Source: Alphaproteobacteria bacterium
GTDB lineage: Bacteria; Pseudomonadota; Alphaproteobacteria; GCA-2731375
Direction of reading: 5' to 3'
NCBI GenBank assembly: GCA_965225945.1
Contig: CBDDBZ010000026.1
Span: 32,001 to 96,000, forward strand
Length of the DNA stretch: 64,000 nt
Below the pieces are notes generated by a model. It saw nothing but the letters and a program-made list of their open reading frames with translations, searched no databases and was not told the DNA's origin. This document shows, one piece after another, positions 53,722-62,836 of the stretch. How positions within the stretch are numbered: position 1 is the stretch's first letter; every line of letters starts with the position of its first letter. The position numbers were made by a program, and so were the translations under genes.

Positions 53722-54590
53722 CGAGGCCGCCGGCTCACTTCGGCGGCTTGCGCTTGGTCTTGGGCGTCGGCGGCTCGAGCAGGTCCAGTGGGCTCTTGGC
53801 GCGCCGCAAGGTGGTGCTGGCGACCTGGGTGTAGTGAGCCGTGGTCTCCAGCTTCTTGTGCCCCAGTAGAACCTGGATCACGCGGATGTCGACGCCCTGT
53901 TCGAGGAGATGGGTGGCGAAGCAGTGGCGCAGCGTGTGAAGCGAGATCCGCTTCTCGATCCCCGCCCCCGCCTTGGCGCCATCGAGGGCGCGACGGAGCT
54001 GGCGGGTGGTCAACGGGTTGACCGGGTTCTGGCCTGGAAACAGCCAACCGCCGGGCAGCATCACGCCGCGGGCGCGGCCAAGCAACCACCAGACCCTGAG
54101 CTGCTCGACGGCGCGATCCGAGAGCATGGCGTAGCGATCTCGGCGGCCCTTACCTTGCTCGATGCGAAGCGTCTTGCGGTTGCTGTCGATGTCCGGGACC
54201 TTGAGATGGACCACCTCCGAAGCGCGCAGGCCGGCGCCATAGGCCAGCGAAAAGGCCGCCTTGTATTTGGGACCGGGGGCGGCATCGAGAAGCCGCGCCA
54301 TTTCCTCGACGCTCAGGATCACCGGCAGCTTGCGCGGCATTGCCACCGTCGTCATGCCGATCTCAGCGTCGCCTCGGCCGAGCGTGACGCCGAAGAAGAA
54401 CCGCAATGCCGAGACCGCCGCGTTCATCGTCGTCGCCGATGCGCCTGCTTTGCGCATATGCACTTGATAGCGCCTGAGATCCTCCGCCTCCGCCCGATCC
54501 GGAGAGCGTGCGAGAAAGTCGGAATGAGTCGGACCCGATTTCCTTGGACACAGAATTGGCTTAATCGAAGTGTCCAAGGAGGACCGGAAC

Positions 54591-55001
54591 ATGACCGACA
54601 ATTTTGAGAACAAAGTTGCTGTTGATGGGCCTGTGGTAAACGAGGGCGAGCTTGGCTCGTCCACGTTTTCCCCGGGCCAGGTTTCGCCGGCAGGCCCGCT
54701 GGGACTTGGCCAGCGGTGGACGGTGACGCGCAAGCGTGAGGTTGCCCTGCGGCTTTTGCGTGGCGAGCCGGTGGAACTTTTGTCGCGGCAGTTGGGCGTG
54801 GAGATTTTCCGGCTCGAGCAGTGGCGTGAGAAGGCGATCGCCGGGATCGATGCCTCGCTCAAGGAACGCAAGGGCGATCCGGTAAAGGCGGAACTGGACA
54901 TCGCCATGAAGCGGATCGGGGAGTTGATCATGCAGGTGGAACTGCTGGAGGCCAAGACGGAGACGTCCGGCCCTTTGGGGCGGCGGAGGTCGCGGCGATG
55001 A
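54591..55001 (+). CDS. IS OrfA (HTH)
   Basis: RWTVTRKREVALRLLRGE..LSRQLGV; AGGAGG RBS. Confidence 0.8.
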   Translation: MTDNFENKVAVDGPVVNEGELGSSTFSPGQVSPAGPLGLGQRWTVTRKREVALRLLRGEPVELLSRQLGVEIFRLEQWREKAIAGIDASLKERKGDPVKAELDIAMKRIGELIMQVELLEAKTETSGPLGRRRSRR

Positions 55002-55909
55002 GTGCCGCCACCTCTCCCGGCACGGGTTTGGCCTACGGCCTCCAGCGGGTCTGTGCGGCCTGGGGTTTTGCCCGTTCCTCGTTCTACGCCATGAAATCCC
55101 GGCAGCAGGCCACCGCTGAGCGCCCACCAGCAAAGCGCCGGGGACCGAAGCCCTCGATCTCGGACGAGGCTCTGCTGGTGGCCATCGAGGCCGACCTGGA
55201 GGCATCCCCCTGGGAGGGCGAGGGACACCGCAAGGTCTGGGCTCGGCTTCGGGTCTGTCGTGGCATCCGTGTTTCCCGCAAGCGGGTGCTCCGGGTGATG
55301 CGCGAGAACAACCTGCTCTCGCCCCATCGCTGCCGCCGCCGTGGCGGAAATCCCCATGTCGGTGAGATCATCACCCATGCCCCCAACCTCATGTGGGGCA
55401 CGGACGGCGTTCGGGTGTTCACGGTGGACGACGGCTGGGGCTGGATATTCACCGCCATCGAGCATTGGAACGCCGAGTGCGTCGGCTGGCATGTGTGCAA
55501 GCGAGGCGACCGCTTCGCCGCCCTTCAGCCGATCTCCATGGGGCTTGCGAGGCTGTATGCCTCGACCTCCGCCGGTGCGGCGCGGGGGCTGGCCTTGCGG
55601 ATGGATCACGGCTCCCAGTATCTGTCGGACCACTTCACCAACCAGATCAAGTTCTGGGGCATCCAGCCGTCCTACGCCTTCGTCGAACAGCCCCAGACCA
55701 ACGGCGTCGCCGAGAGGTTCAATCGCACGCTCAAGGAACAGATCATCCATGGCCGCATCTACCGCAACATCGCGGAGCTGCGGAACGCCGTCCGCGGGTT
55801 CGTCGAACAGTACAATGCCCAGTGGATCGTGGAGAAGAACGGCTACCTGAGCCCCGCTCAAGCTCGTCAGGCGTGGCACACCGCGATGTCACTCAGGCCC
55901 GCCGCATGA
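54998..55909 (+). CDS. IS OrfB, integrase-core DDE transposase
   Basis: WGTD, MDHGSQY, NGVAERFNRTLKEQ. Confidence 0.9.
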   Translation: MSAATSPGTGLAYGLQRVCAAWGFARSSFYAMKSRQQATAERPPAKRRGPKPSISDEALLVAIEADLEASPWEGEGHRKVWARLRVCRGIRVSRKRVLRVMRENNLLSPHRCRRRGGNPHVGEIITHAPNLMWGTDGVRVFTVDDGWGWIFTAIEHWNAECVGWHVCKRGDRFAALQPISMGLARLYASTSAGAARGLALRMDHGSQYLSDHFTNQIKFWGIQPSYAFVEQPQTNGVAERFNRTLKEQIIHGRIYRNIAELRNAVRGFVEQYNAQWIVEKNGYLSPAQARQAWHTAMSLRPAA

Positions 55910-56347
55910 GACAAACTTGTGTCCAAGGAACCGGGTGCGATACACGAGAAAGTCGGAAAAGCCGGCCACCGCACTGATGTAGCCGCGCTGCGTGTTGGCA
56001 CTGAAGCCGCGAAGCACCATGTCGTCGATCATGCGCTGGCGCAGCGGGCTGATGGTCTTGTCACTATCGGTCATGGGTCTGCTCCCGTGTTGCGTGAGCT
56101 TCGGAACTCCAAACCTCAACTCAGGATCGACCCATCCGTTACGCCACCGACCTCACCGCCCGGCACCACGAACTACCGCTGAAAGCGGTTTCGTTCTATG
56201 TCCTCGTAGCCGACCAAGAAGGGTCTCTGGCGGCGGCGAGATCGCCGGTGACACCCGGCGGCCTGCGCGTTATGGTCCGTCCCTTGGACTCCATCAACCC
56301 CGGGGCGTAAACTCGTGCCAACCTGACCGAATTAGGAGAGTACCCCC

Positions 56348-56475
56348 GTGGCCGAACGCGAAGTACTACGGAAACTCACAGCAATCCTTGCCACCGATGT
56401 AGTCGGCTACAGCCGGCTCATGGAGGCGGACGTGCCCGGCACGCTCGCCCAGATGAAGGCGCACCGGCTGGAACG
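56348..56475 (+). pseudogene. 5' fragment of a class III adenylate cyclase gene
   Basis: RKLTAILATDVVGYSRLMEAD..GTLA, then similarity ends. Confidence 0.75.
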
Positions 56476-56755
56476 GCTCGCCAGGCCGCCGCCGCTCGCG
56501 GTAGCATCTCGGCAGACTGCCTGTGAGAGGTCGGGACGTTGATCTCGCCAGCGTTGGCCCATGGCACGAGTGGCGATGGCTCGGTGGGGGGCTTCGGGCC
56601 ACTGATTCTGCTAGCGGTTGCTATCGTGTTCGTCCTTGTCTTCGTGGTCGAGGCGAAGTGGCGCAGGCGCAAGCAAAGGCGCGATCGCAGTGGTATTTTG
56701 CGGGATCGCTGAGCGCCTCGATGCGCGCAGCAACCTCGCGAATCAATCTACCTTA

Positions 56756-57833
56756 CGTCCCTATCCGGTTAAGGCAGGCAGCGCTCCCTGCGATTGTATA
56801 CCGTCGACCAGTTCCCTGTAGGTGATGGTCGGTCGGGTCATGGCGCGGTGCAACACGAAATCGGCAAGGTCGAAGATGCGTTTGCGCCGGTTGAAGCGGT
56901 AGTTCCATTCCCGGACGTAGCGCGGCAAATGCTTGGCGCTCACCCCGTGGTAGGTTCCGTTGAGCCACGTCTTCACGTTGGAAAACAGGACATGGACGAC
57001 CGGCATGAGCTGCTCGGCGTTCTTGCCTTGGCCTTGAACGACGGGCTGGTGGCGATAAGTATCGCCAAGCTTGGCGTAACTCTTGAAAGCGTCGCTGTCG
57101 AGGCGGCTTCCCGGCTTCACCGAGGCGCGCACGAAGTCGCCCAACTCACGGGCGGTGGCCTCGGGCAGGATGGCGAGCCGCGCGGCGCCGGCGGCGAAGC
57201 CGCTCCCCTTGATGCCCTTGCCCGACCCGACCGGCCACTTCTCGACCGCCATCACCAACAGGCTCTTGTTCGGGTTGGAAAGCCCGCGCCCCCGGCTCTC
57301 CGGCTTGCCCCGCCCGCCGTAATAGCTCTCGTCGACCTCGACCAAGCCCTCCAGCGGGAACTCCGGGCGCTCCGTCAGGGCATGGCGCAGCTTGTGGGCC
57401 ATCAGCCAGGCGGTGTCGTAGCGCAGGCTCAACTCTCGCGACAGAAACAGCGCCGAGACCCCGCGCTTGTCGCGCCCCATCCACCACGCCGCCAGGAACC
57501 ATTTGCGCAACGGTGTGCGGGTGCGGTGGAAGACCGTGCCCGCGGTCACCGATTCCTGATGGCCGCAACCGGCGCATTCGAAGACCCGCGGCCGCGTCTT
57601 CAATTGGTAGTTCCGCCTCTCGCCGCAACGCGCGCAGACGTAGCCTTGCGGCCAGCGCAGCCGAGCCAGCGCCTCGATGCAGTCCGCCTCCGATCCATGG
57701 CGTTCGAGGAACTCCAATATCCCGCTCATCGAATAGTCCTCCAAAAGCTCCAGCCGATGCGATCAGCCTACACCTCTATGGAGAACATATCAAGAACATT
57801 CGGAGCCCATCCTGCTTTGACCAGATAGGGACG
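56756..57833 (-). mobile_element. IS1595-family element (ISSod11-type ends), apparently intact
   Basis: IR CGTCCCTATCCGGTTAAGGCAGG / CCTGCTTTGACCAGATAGGGACG; 8-bp TSD CTACCTTA. Confidence 0.92.
56761..57744 (-). CDS. IS1595 transposase
   Basis: CARC..CAGC zinc ribbon, VEVDESY, SDA, NVK, YVREWNYRFNRR. Confidence 0.92.
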   Translation of the reverse strand: MEDYSMSGILEFLERHGSEADCIEALARLRWPQGYVCARCGERRNYQLKTRPRVFECAGCGHQESVTAGTVFHRTRTPLRKWFLAAWWMGRDKRGVSALFLSRELSLRYDTAWLMAHKLRHALTERPEFPLEGLVEVDESYYGGRGKPESRGRGLSNPNKSLLVMAVEKWPVGSGKGIKGSGFAAGAARLAILPEATARELGDFVRASVKPGSRLDSDAFKSYAKLGDTYRHQPVVQGQGKNAEQLMPVVHVLFSNVKTWLNGTYHGVSAKHLPRYVREWNYRFNRRKRIFDLADFVLHRAMTRPTITYRELVDGIQSQGALPALTG

Positions 57834-57873
57834 CTACCTTATATGAAGGTTAGCCAGGACAAGGAGGCCTGCC

Positions 57874-57988
57874 ATGACACGTGGGGGCGGCAGACACCGA
57901 CCGAGCAGCGGCCCTTTCATTCGAAGTGAATGCTGTCCAGCCATAGGGTTCGAAGGAGAGATAGTTGGCCGAAACACCGGCCGCGTGG
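57874..57988 (+). pseudogene. 5' part of an exported protein gene split by IS256
   Basis: AGGAGG RBS; rejoins 61534-61880 in frame across TSD CCGCGTGG (NTGRV-AVSVS). Confidence 0.65.
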
Positions 57989-58002
57989 GATTGAGCAACC
58001 TG

Positions 58003-59422
58003 TGTATCGCACCCGGTTCCTTGGACACAAGTTTGTCTCATGCGGCGGGCCTGAGTGACATCGCGGTGTGCCACGCCTGACGAGCTTGAGCGGGGCTCAG
58101 GTAGCCGTTCTTCTCCACGATCCACTGGGCATTGTACTGTTCGACGAACCCGCGGACGGCGTTCCGCAGCTCCGCGATGTTGCGGTAGATGCGGCCATGG
58201 ATGATCTGTTCCTTGAGCGTGCGATTGAACCTCTCGGCGACGCCGTTGGTCTGGGGCTGTTCGACGAAGGCGTAGGACGGCTGGATGCCCCAGAACTTGA
58301 TCTGGTTGGTGAAGTGGTCCGACAGATACTGGGAGCCGTGATCCATCCGCAAGGCCAGCCCCCGCGCCGCACCGGCGGAGGTCGAGGCATACAGCCTCGC
58401 AAGCCCCATGGAGATCGGCTGAAGGGCGGCGAAGCGGTCGCCTCGCTTGCACACATGCCAGCCGACGCACTCGGCGTTCCAATGCTCGATGGCGGTGAAT
58501 ATCCAGCCCCAGCCGTCGTCCACCGTGAACACCCGAACGCCGTCCGTGCCCCACATGAGGTTGGGGGCATGGGTGATGATCTCACCGACATGGGGATTTC
58601 CGCCACGGCGGCGGCAGCGATGGGGCGAGAGCAGGTTGTTCTCGCGCATCACCCGGAGCACCCGCTTGCGGGAAACACGGATGCCACGACAGACCCGAAG
58701 CCGAGCCCAGACCTTGCGGTGTCCCTCGCCCTCCCAGGGGGATGCCTCCAGGTCGGCCTCGATGGCCACCAGCAGAGCCTCGTCCGAGATCGAGGGTTTC
58801 GGTCCCCGGCGCTTTGCTGGTGGGCGCTCAGCGGTGGCCTGCTGCCGGGATTTCATGGCGTAGAACGAGGAACGGGCAAAACCCCAGGCCGCACAGACCC
58901 GCTGGAGGCCGTAGGCCAAACCCGTGCCGGGAGAGGTGGCGGCACTCATCGCCGCGACCTCCGCCGCCCCAAAGGGCCGGACGTCTCCGTCTTGGCCTCC
59001 AGCAGTTCCACCTGCATGATCAACTCCCCGATCCGCTTCATGGCGATGTCCAGTTCCGCCTTTACCGGATCGCCCTTGCGTTCCTTGAGCGAGGCATCGA
59101 TCCCGGCGATCGCCTTCTCACGCCACTGCTCGAGCCGGAAAATCTCCACGCCCAACTGCCGCGACAAAAGTTCCACCGGCTCGCCACGCAAAAGCCGCAG
59201 GGCAACCTCACGCTTGCGCGTCACCGTCCACCGCTGGCCAAGTCCCAGCGGGCCTGCCGGCGAAACCTGGCCCGGGGAAAACGTGGACGAGCCAAGCTCG
59301 CCCTCGTTTACCACAGGCCCATCAACAGCAACTTTGTTCTCAAAATTGTCGGTCATGTTCCGGTCCTCCTTGGACACTTCGATTAAGCCAATTCTGTGTC
59401 CAAGGAAATTGGGTCCGACTCA
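58003..59422 (-). mobile_element. IS3/IS481-like element, copy B (1420 bp; OrfA 58946-59356, OrfB 58038-58949)
   Basis: Near-identical to copy A; 14-bp TSD GATTGAGCAACCTG. Confidence 0.9.
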
Positions 59423-59472
59423 GATTGAGCAACCTGATGTGTGCAAATTCGGAACGCCGTTGATCAGTCATC

Positions 59473-60227
59473 CTTGCCTATCCGGTTATCACCCACACCC
59501 ACTATATGTAGTGGGCACCCATTTTCCTGAGTAAAGCTCGGTGCAGGTCGAAGCGGAGATATCTCCGGCGATGCCGAGCAGGGACTCGGACGGCATTGTA
59601 GCGCCTTTTAGGCGACACTTTAGCGTGGTGGAAATCCTAATCATTGAGTCGGATTTGGCAAAACGCCACGTTGCATAAAGGACCGTCACTTCATTGAAAT
59701 TTATCTGAAATCGGAGGTGAACGACACCGATGGAATATTCCAGGAAATCAGAGCTTCATTGAATTGTAGGATTCGAGTGCCGGATTATTCACAAATAGCT
59801 CTGTGAACTGGTTTTCAAGTTCGCTCAATACGTCATATGAAGTAAACGGATTGAGGATCACGTTCTTGCGTGTCGCTTCGTCTTCGCTGCGACTCAAAAC
59901 GCGCAGGAGACTAACAGGCGCGGACGGGTTCTTCGCAACGATTCGTGCCAGCGCGTCGCTTTCTTCGACTAGTGCCGTCAATCGCTCAGACGATGTCGTT
60001 TCATCAGCAGCTTCCCGTCTGGCCGTGGGTTTCTTCGTTTTTCCCTTGGTCGCCACCGTTCCGTCCCCCGATGTTAAGTACGTGACGTGAATTAAACTCC
60101 GGTTCGGTTTTCAGAACAATCAAGAATTAGCCGGATCGCCTCCTCAATGCGCCTGCGCCGGCCCTTGCCTGCAGTCCAAGGAGACACACTACATATAGTG
60201 GGTGTGGGTGATAACCGGATAGGCAAG
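59473..60227. mobile_element. Non-autonomous IS1595-type cassette (MITE/MIC), 755 bp
   Basis: Perfect 41-bp TIRs, 8-bp TSD CAGTCATC, no transposase. Confidence 0.88.
59748..60056 (-). CDS. Small helical-repeat (LRV/HEAT-like) passenger protein
   Basis: VAKNPSAP..LL..LS..D..TR..V..NP repeat pattern; lower GC than host. Confidence 0.55.
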   Translation of the reverse strand: MATKGKTKKPTARREAADETTSSERLTALVEESDALARIVAKNPSAPVSLLRVLSRSEDEATRKNVILNPFTSYDVLSELENQFTELFVNNPALESYNSMKL

Positions 60228-61405
60228 CAGTCATCCTCTGCTTTCCAAGTGATGTAGGGTTTTTCGGTGGTTTCCCATTTCTCGTCGATTTCGACGAGGA
60301 TGGCGGTGACCAGACGTTCGAGCGAGGCCTCGTTGGGAAAGACCCTGACCTTTACGGTGCGGCGCTTGATCTCCTGCTGGATGGATCGCTCCATGGGGTT
60401 CGAGGTTCGCATGCGCTTTTGGTGGCGCTCGGGCAGGGCGAAGACGGCGAGGCCCTCGGGGATCGCCGTCTCCAGCCAATCGGCGAGCTTGGGGGCGCTA
60501 TCGCGGTAGGCCGCCACCAGATGGCCCAGCTCGGCCTCGGCGGCCTTGCCGTCGGCGGCGTTCCAGACCCGGCGCAGCTCCTTGCCGATGGCCTTTCGGA
60601 TGGCGAGGTTGGGGGCGTGATGGATGGCGTTTTGAGCCAGATGGTACTGACAGCGCTGCCAGACGGCGGCGCCGAGGACGGCCTTGCGCGCGGCGCCGAG
60701 GCCTGGATGATCATCGGAAACGATATAGGCGACACCGCGCATGCCACGGGCAACCAGGGTCTCCAGGAAGGCGCGCCAGTGCACTTCGGCCTCGGAGAGC
60801 GCACAGGAAACACCGAGCACCCGGCGGCGCTGGTCGGGGCCGATGCCGATCACCGAGAGCACGGCGGCGTCGCGCACCACGCCACCCTCTCGGACTTTCT
60901 CATAGCGCGCGTCGAGGAGCAGGTAGCGGATCTCGCCCAGCGGCCGGTTGCGCCAGGCATCCAGCTCCCCATCCAAGAGCTTGGCGGCGCGGCTGACCTG
61001 GCTCGACGACAGGCTCTCCAGGCCGAACTCGCGCATCACCGCCTCGGCGTCACGGGTGGAGACGCCTTTGATATACATCTCCGCCACGGCCAGCATGACA
61101 GCGCGGCAGGAGCGCCGTCCGCGCTCCAGGGCTTGGGGGTAAAAAGGCGCCTCATGACCGGCGGTCTTGGGAACCTCGAGCCTCACCGTACCGGCCGGGG
61201 TGTCGATCTTCTTGGGTCTGGTGCCGTTGGCGTATCCCCGCCGCTCGGGCGTGCGCTCATAGTGGCCGGCGCCCAAGAACCTCTCCCGCTCGATCCGCAT
61301 GGCGAGATTGAAAAGGCCGGCGAAGACCGTCGCCATGTTCTCGCTACCGCCTTCGATCAATTGTTCCACCAAAGCCTCGACAGCGCTATCCTGGTCTTTC
61401 CGCAT
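60092..61405 (-). CDS. IS256 transposase (native stop displaced by the cassette; now reads through)
   Basis: EMYIKGVSTR, LDARYEKVR, SDDHPGL, WQRCQYH, RTSNPMER. Confidence 0.92.
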   Translation of the reverse strand: MRKDQDSAVEALVEQLIEGGSENMATVFAGLFNLAMRIERERFLGAGHYERTPERRGYANGTRPKKIDTPAGTVRLEVPKTAGHEAPFYPQALERGRRSCRAVMLAVAEMYIKGVSTRDAEAVMREFGLESLSSSQVSRAAKLLDGELDAWRNRPLGEIRYLLLDARYEKVREGGVVRDAAVLSVIGIGPDQRRRVLGVSCALSEAEVHWRAFLETLVARGMRGVAYIVSDDHPGLGAARKAVLGAAVWQRCQYHLAQNAIHHAPNLAIRKAIGKELRRVWNAADGKAAEAELGHLVAAYRDSAPKLADWLETAIPEGLAVFALPERHQKRMRTSNPMERSIQQEIKRRTVKVRVFPNEASLERLVTAILVEIDEKWETTEKPYITWKAEDDCLPIRLSPTPTICSVSPWTAGKGRRRRIEEAIRLILDCSENRTGV

Positions 61406-61457
61406 ACTGGTTCTCCATGTTTGTTTGGACGCTTTCATGGATAACCAAAATGACGGA

Positions 61458-61493
61458 TCGCCCCGCGCCGGGGTATACCCCGGCGCGGGGCGA
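61458..61493. repeat. Perfect 36-bp palindrome inside IS256, upstream of the transposase
   Basis: TCGCCCCGCGCCGGGGTATACCCCGGCGCGGGGCGA. Confidence 0.9.
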
Positions 61494-61525
61494 AGCCAAA
61501 TTTCCAGACCTCACGCTACACAAGC

Positions 61526-61880
61526 CCGCGTGGCGGTGTCGGTCTCAGCCAGTGTGATAGGTGTGTTGGTGATGTTCGTCTTGGGAAACGGTTCTGCCGT
61601 CGCCCACCAGCAAGGAAACAAGCTGCACTTGGGGGATGCGCCACCGGACCAACAGGTCGAGGGCATCAGCTATTGCGACGGCATCTATCGAGTGATCACT
61701 AAGGAGGGCTCCCCAGTCGAGTATCCCGAGTTCGATCTTCGCTTCAAGACGGACGCGAGCCCGGACGGGCCTCCGCCGGGAACGCCAGTGGTCATAAATG
61801 CCGGTATGAAAGGGGACCGAGGTTTCGTCATCTTCTCTGCCCCCAGCGAGATCGGCGCCTTCATCAAGACCAAGTGTTAG
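61526..61880 (+). pseudogene. 3' part of an exported protein (domain resembling a cytochrome-c-associated C-terminal domain)
   Basis: Hydrophobic segment, then ISYCDG.Y, EFDLRFKTD, GMKGDR..VIF; upstream of SCO. Confidence 0.6.
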
Positions 61881-61914
61881 TGGATGCTGGCCCAGCAAAA
61901 CGCAGGATATCCCG

Positions 61915-62607
61915 ATGCGCTTGACGAGATCGTCAGTTGCCGCCCTGAGCCTCGCGCTGGTCACTGCTATCATCATGTCGGCAAGGGCTCATTCGCTGAA
62001 GGAGCTCGAAAGCCAACTAGATGACCGTGAGAAGTACTTCCAGCCGATCGACAAAGACGCGCCGGGTTTCGCGCTGCGGGATGCCGCCGGGCGCACAGTG
62101 CAGCTGGCCAATTTCCAGGACAAGGTCGTAGTCCTCCACTTCATCTATACAAGCTGTCCGGACGTCTGTCCGCTGCACGCCGACCGCATCGCCCAAATCC
62201 AGGAGATGGTCAATCAGACGCCGATGCGGGACCAGGTGCAGTTCGTCAGCATCACTACCGACCCTGAGAACGATACGGCCGATGTCCTGCGAACCTATGG
62301 TCCCGCGTACGGCCTGGACCCAGTGAACTGGGTGTTCCTGACAAGTGGCTCCGACCGTCCGTCGGCAACCCGCGAGCTTGCCGAACGTTACCGCCACAAG
62401 TTCACAAAGACCGAGGGCAGCTACCAGGTGCATGGGGTGGTCACGCACGTAATCGACCGCGAGGGACGTTGGCGGGCGAACTTCCACGGTCTTGAGTTCA
62501 ATCCGACAAATCTCGTCCTCTTCGTCAACGCTCTGGTCAACGATATACACAACGATCACGGAAATGAGGAGCAGTCCCTTTGGAACAAGCTTTGGAATCT
62601 ATTCTGA
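61915..62607 (+). CDS. SCO1/SenC copper chaperone
   Basis: FIYTSCPDVCP, SITTDPEND, conserved His (QVHG). Confidence 0.92.
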   Translation: MRLTRSSVAALSLALVTAIIMSARAHSLKELESQLDDREKYFQPIDKDAPGFALRDAAGRTVQLANFQDKVVVLHFIYTSCPDVCPLHADRIAQIQEMVNQTPMRDQVQFVSITTDPENDTADVLRTYGPAYGLDPVNWVFLTSGSDRPSATRELAERYRHKFTKTEGSYQVHGVVTHVIDREGRWRANFHGLEFNPTNLVLFVNALVNDIHNDHGNEEQSLWNKLWNLF

Positions 62608-62792
62608 GATACTCAAGCCAATCCCAAGCTTTCCTTCGCCGTTCCTTAGCGGCGAACGGTGCAAGAGAGTAACCCGCGTAACAACTGTCTCTCGCATGCC
62701 GGAAAAGACCGGGCAGTGACTGGCCTTCCGCACTTCGCGGTTATCCGGTCAGCCGATTTTGGAAGATTTCGGATTTCTCACACACGTTCTTA

Positions 62793-62836
62793 AGTCCGCT
62801 TATGATGCTGTGGACGGCTCCCACCACCGGCATCGC
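62793..62836 (+). mobile_element. Probable IS110-family left-end remnant
   Basis: TGATGCTGTGGACGGCTCCCACCACCGGCATCGCAATGTGCCA resembles alphaproteobacterial IS110/IS1111 ends (from recall); no transposase follows. Confidence 0.4.

Larger units (their letters stand above)
54525..55944 (+). mobile_element. IS3/IS481-like element, copy A (1420 bp)
   Basis: TG...CA ends with TCCTTGGACAC subterminal repeats; 14-bp TSD CGAGAAAGTCGGAA. Confidence 0.9.
53735..56074 (-). pseudogene. Tyrosine recombinase split by an IS3/IS481-like element
   Basis: Matches 46184-47089 on both sides of 54525-55944. Confidence 0.92.
52154..56196 (-). mobile_element. Tyrosine recombinase + IS91-type transposase element, copy 2 (2609 bp net of the nested IS)
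   Basis: Same ends and hairpin (52156-52234) as copy 1. Confidence 0.92.
57989..61525 (-). mobile_element. IS256-family element carrying two nested insertions
   Basis: 8-bp TSD CCGCGTGG (57981-88, 61526-33); about 27-bp imperfect IRs, one duplicated/split by the IS3/IS481-like copy B. Confidence 0.88.

Noticed and set aside
53735-55879. 714-aa giant recombinase ORF
   Set aside because: Chance fusion of the IS antisense frame with the recombinase 3' part
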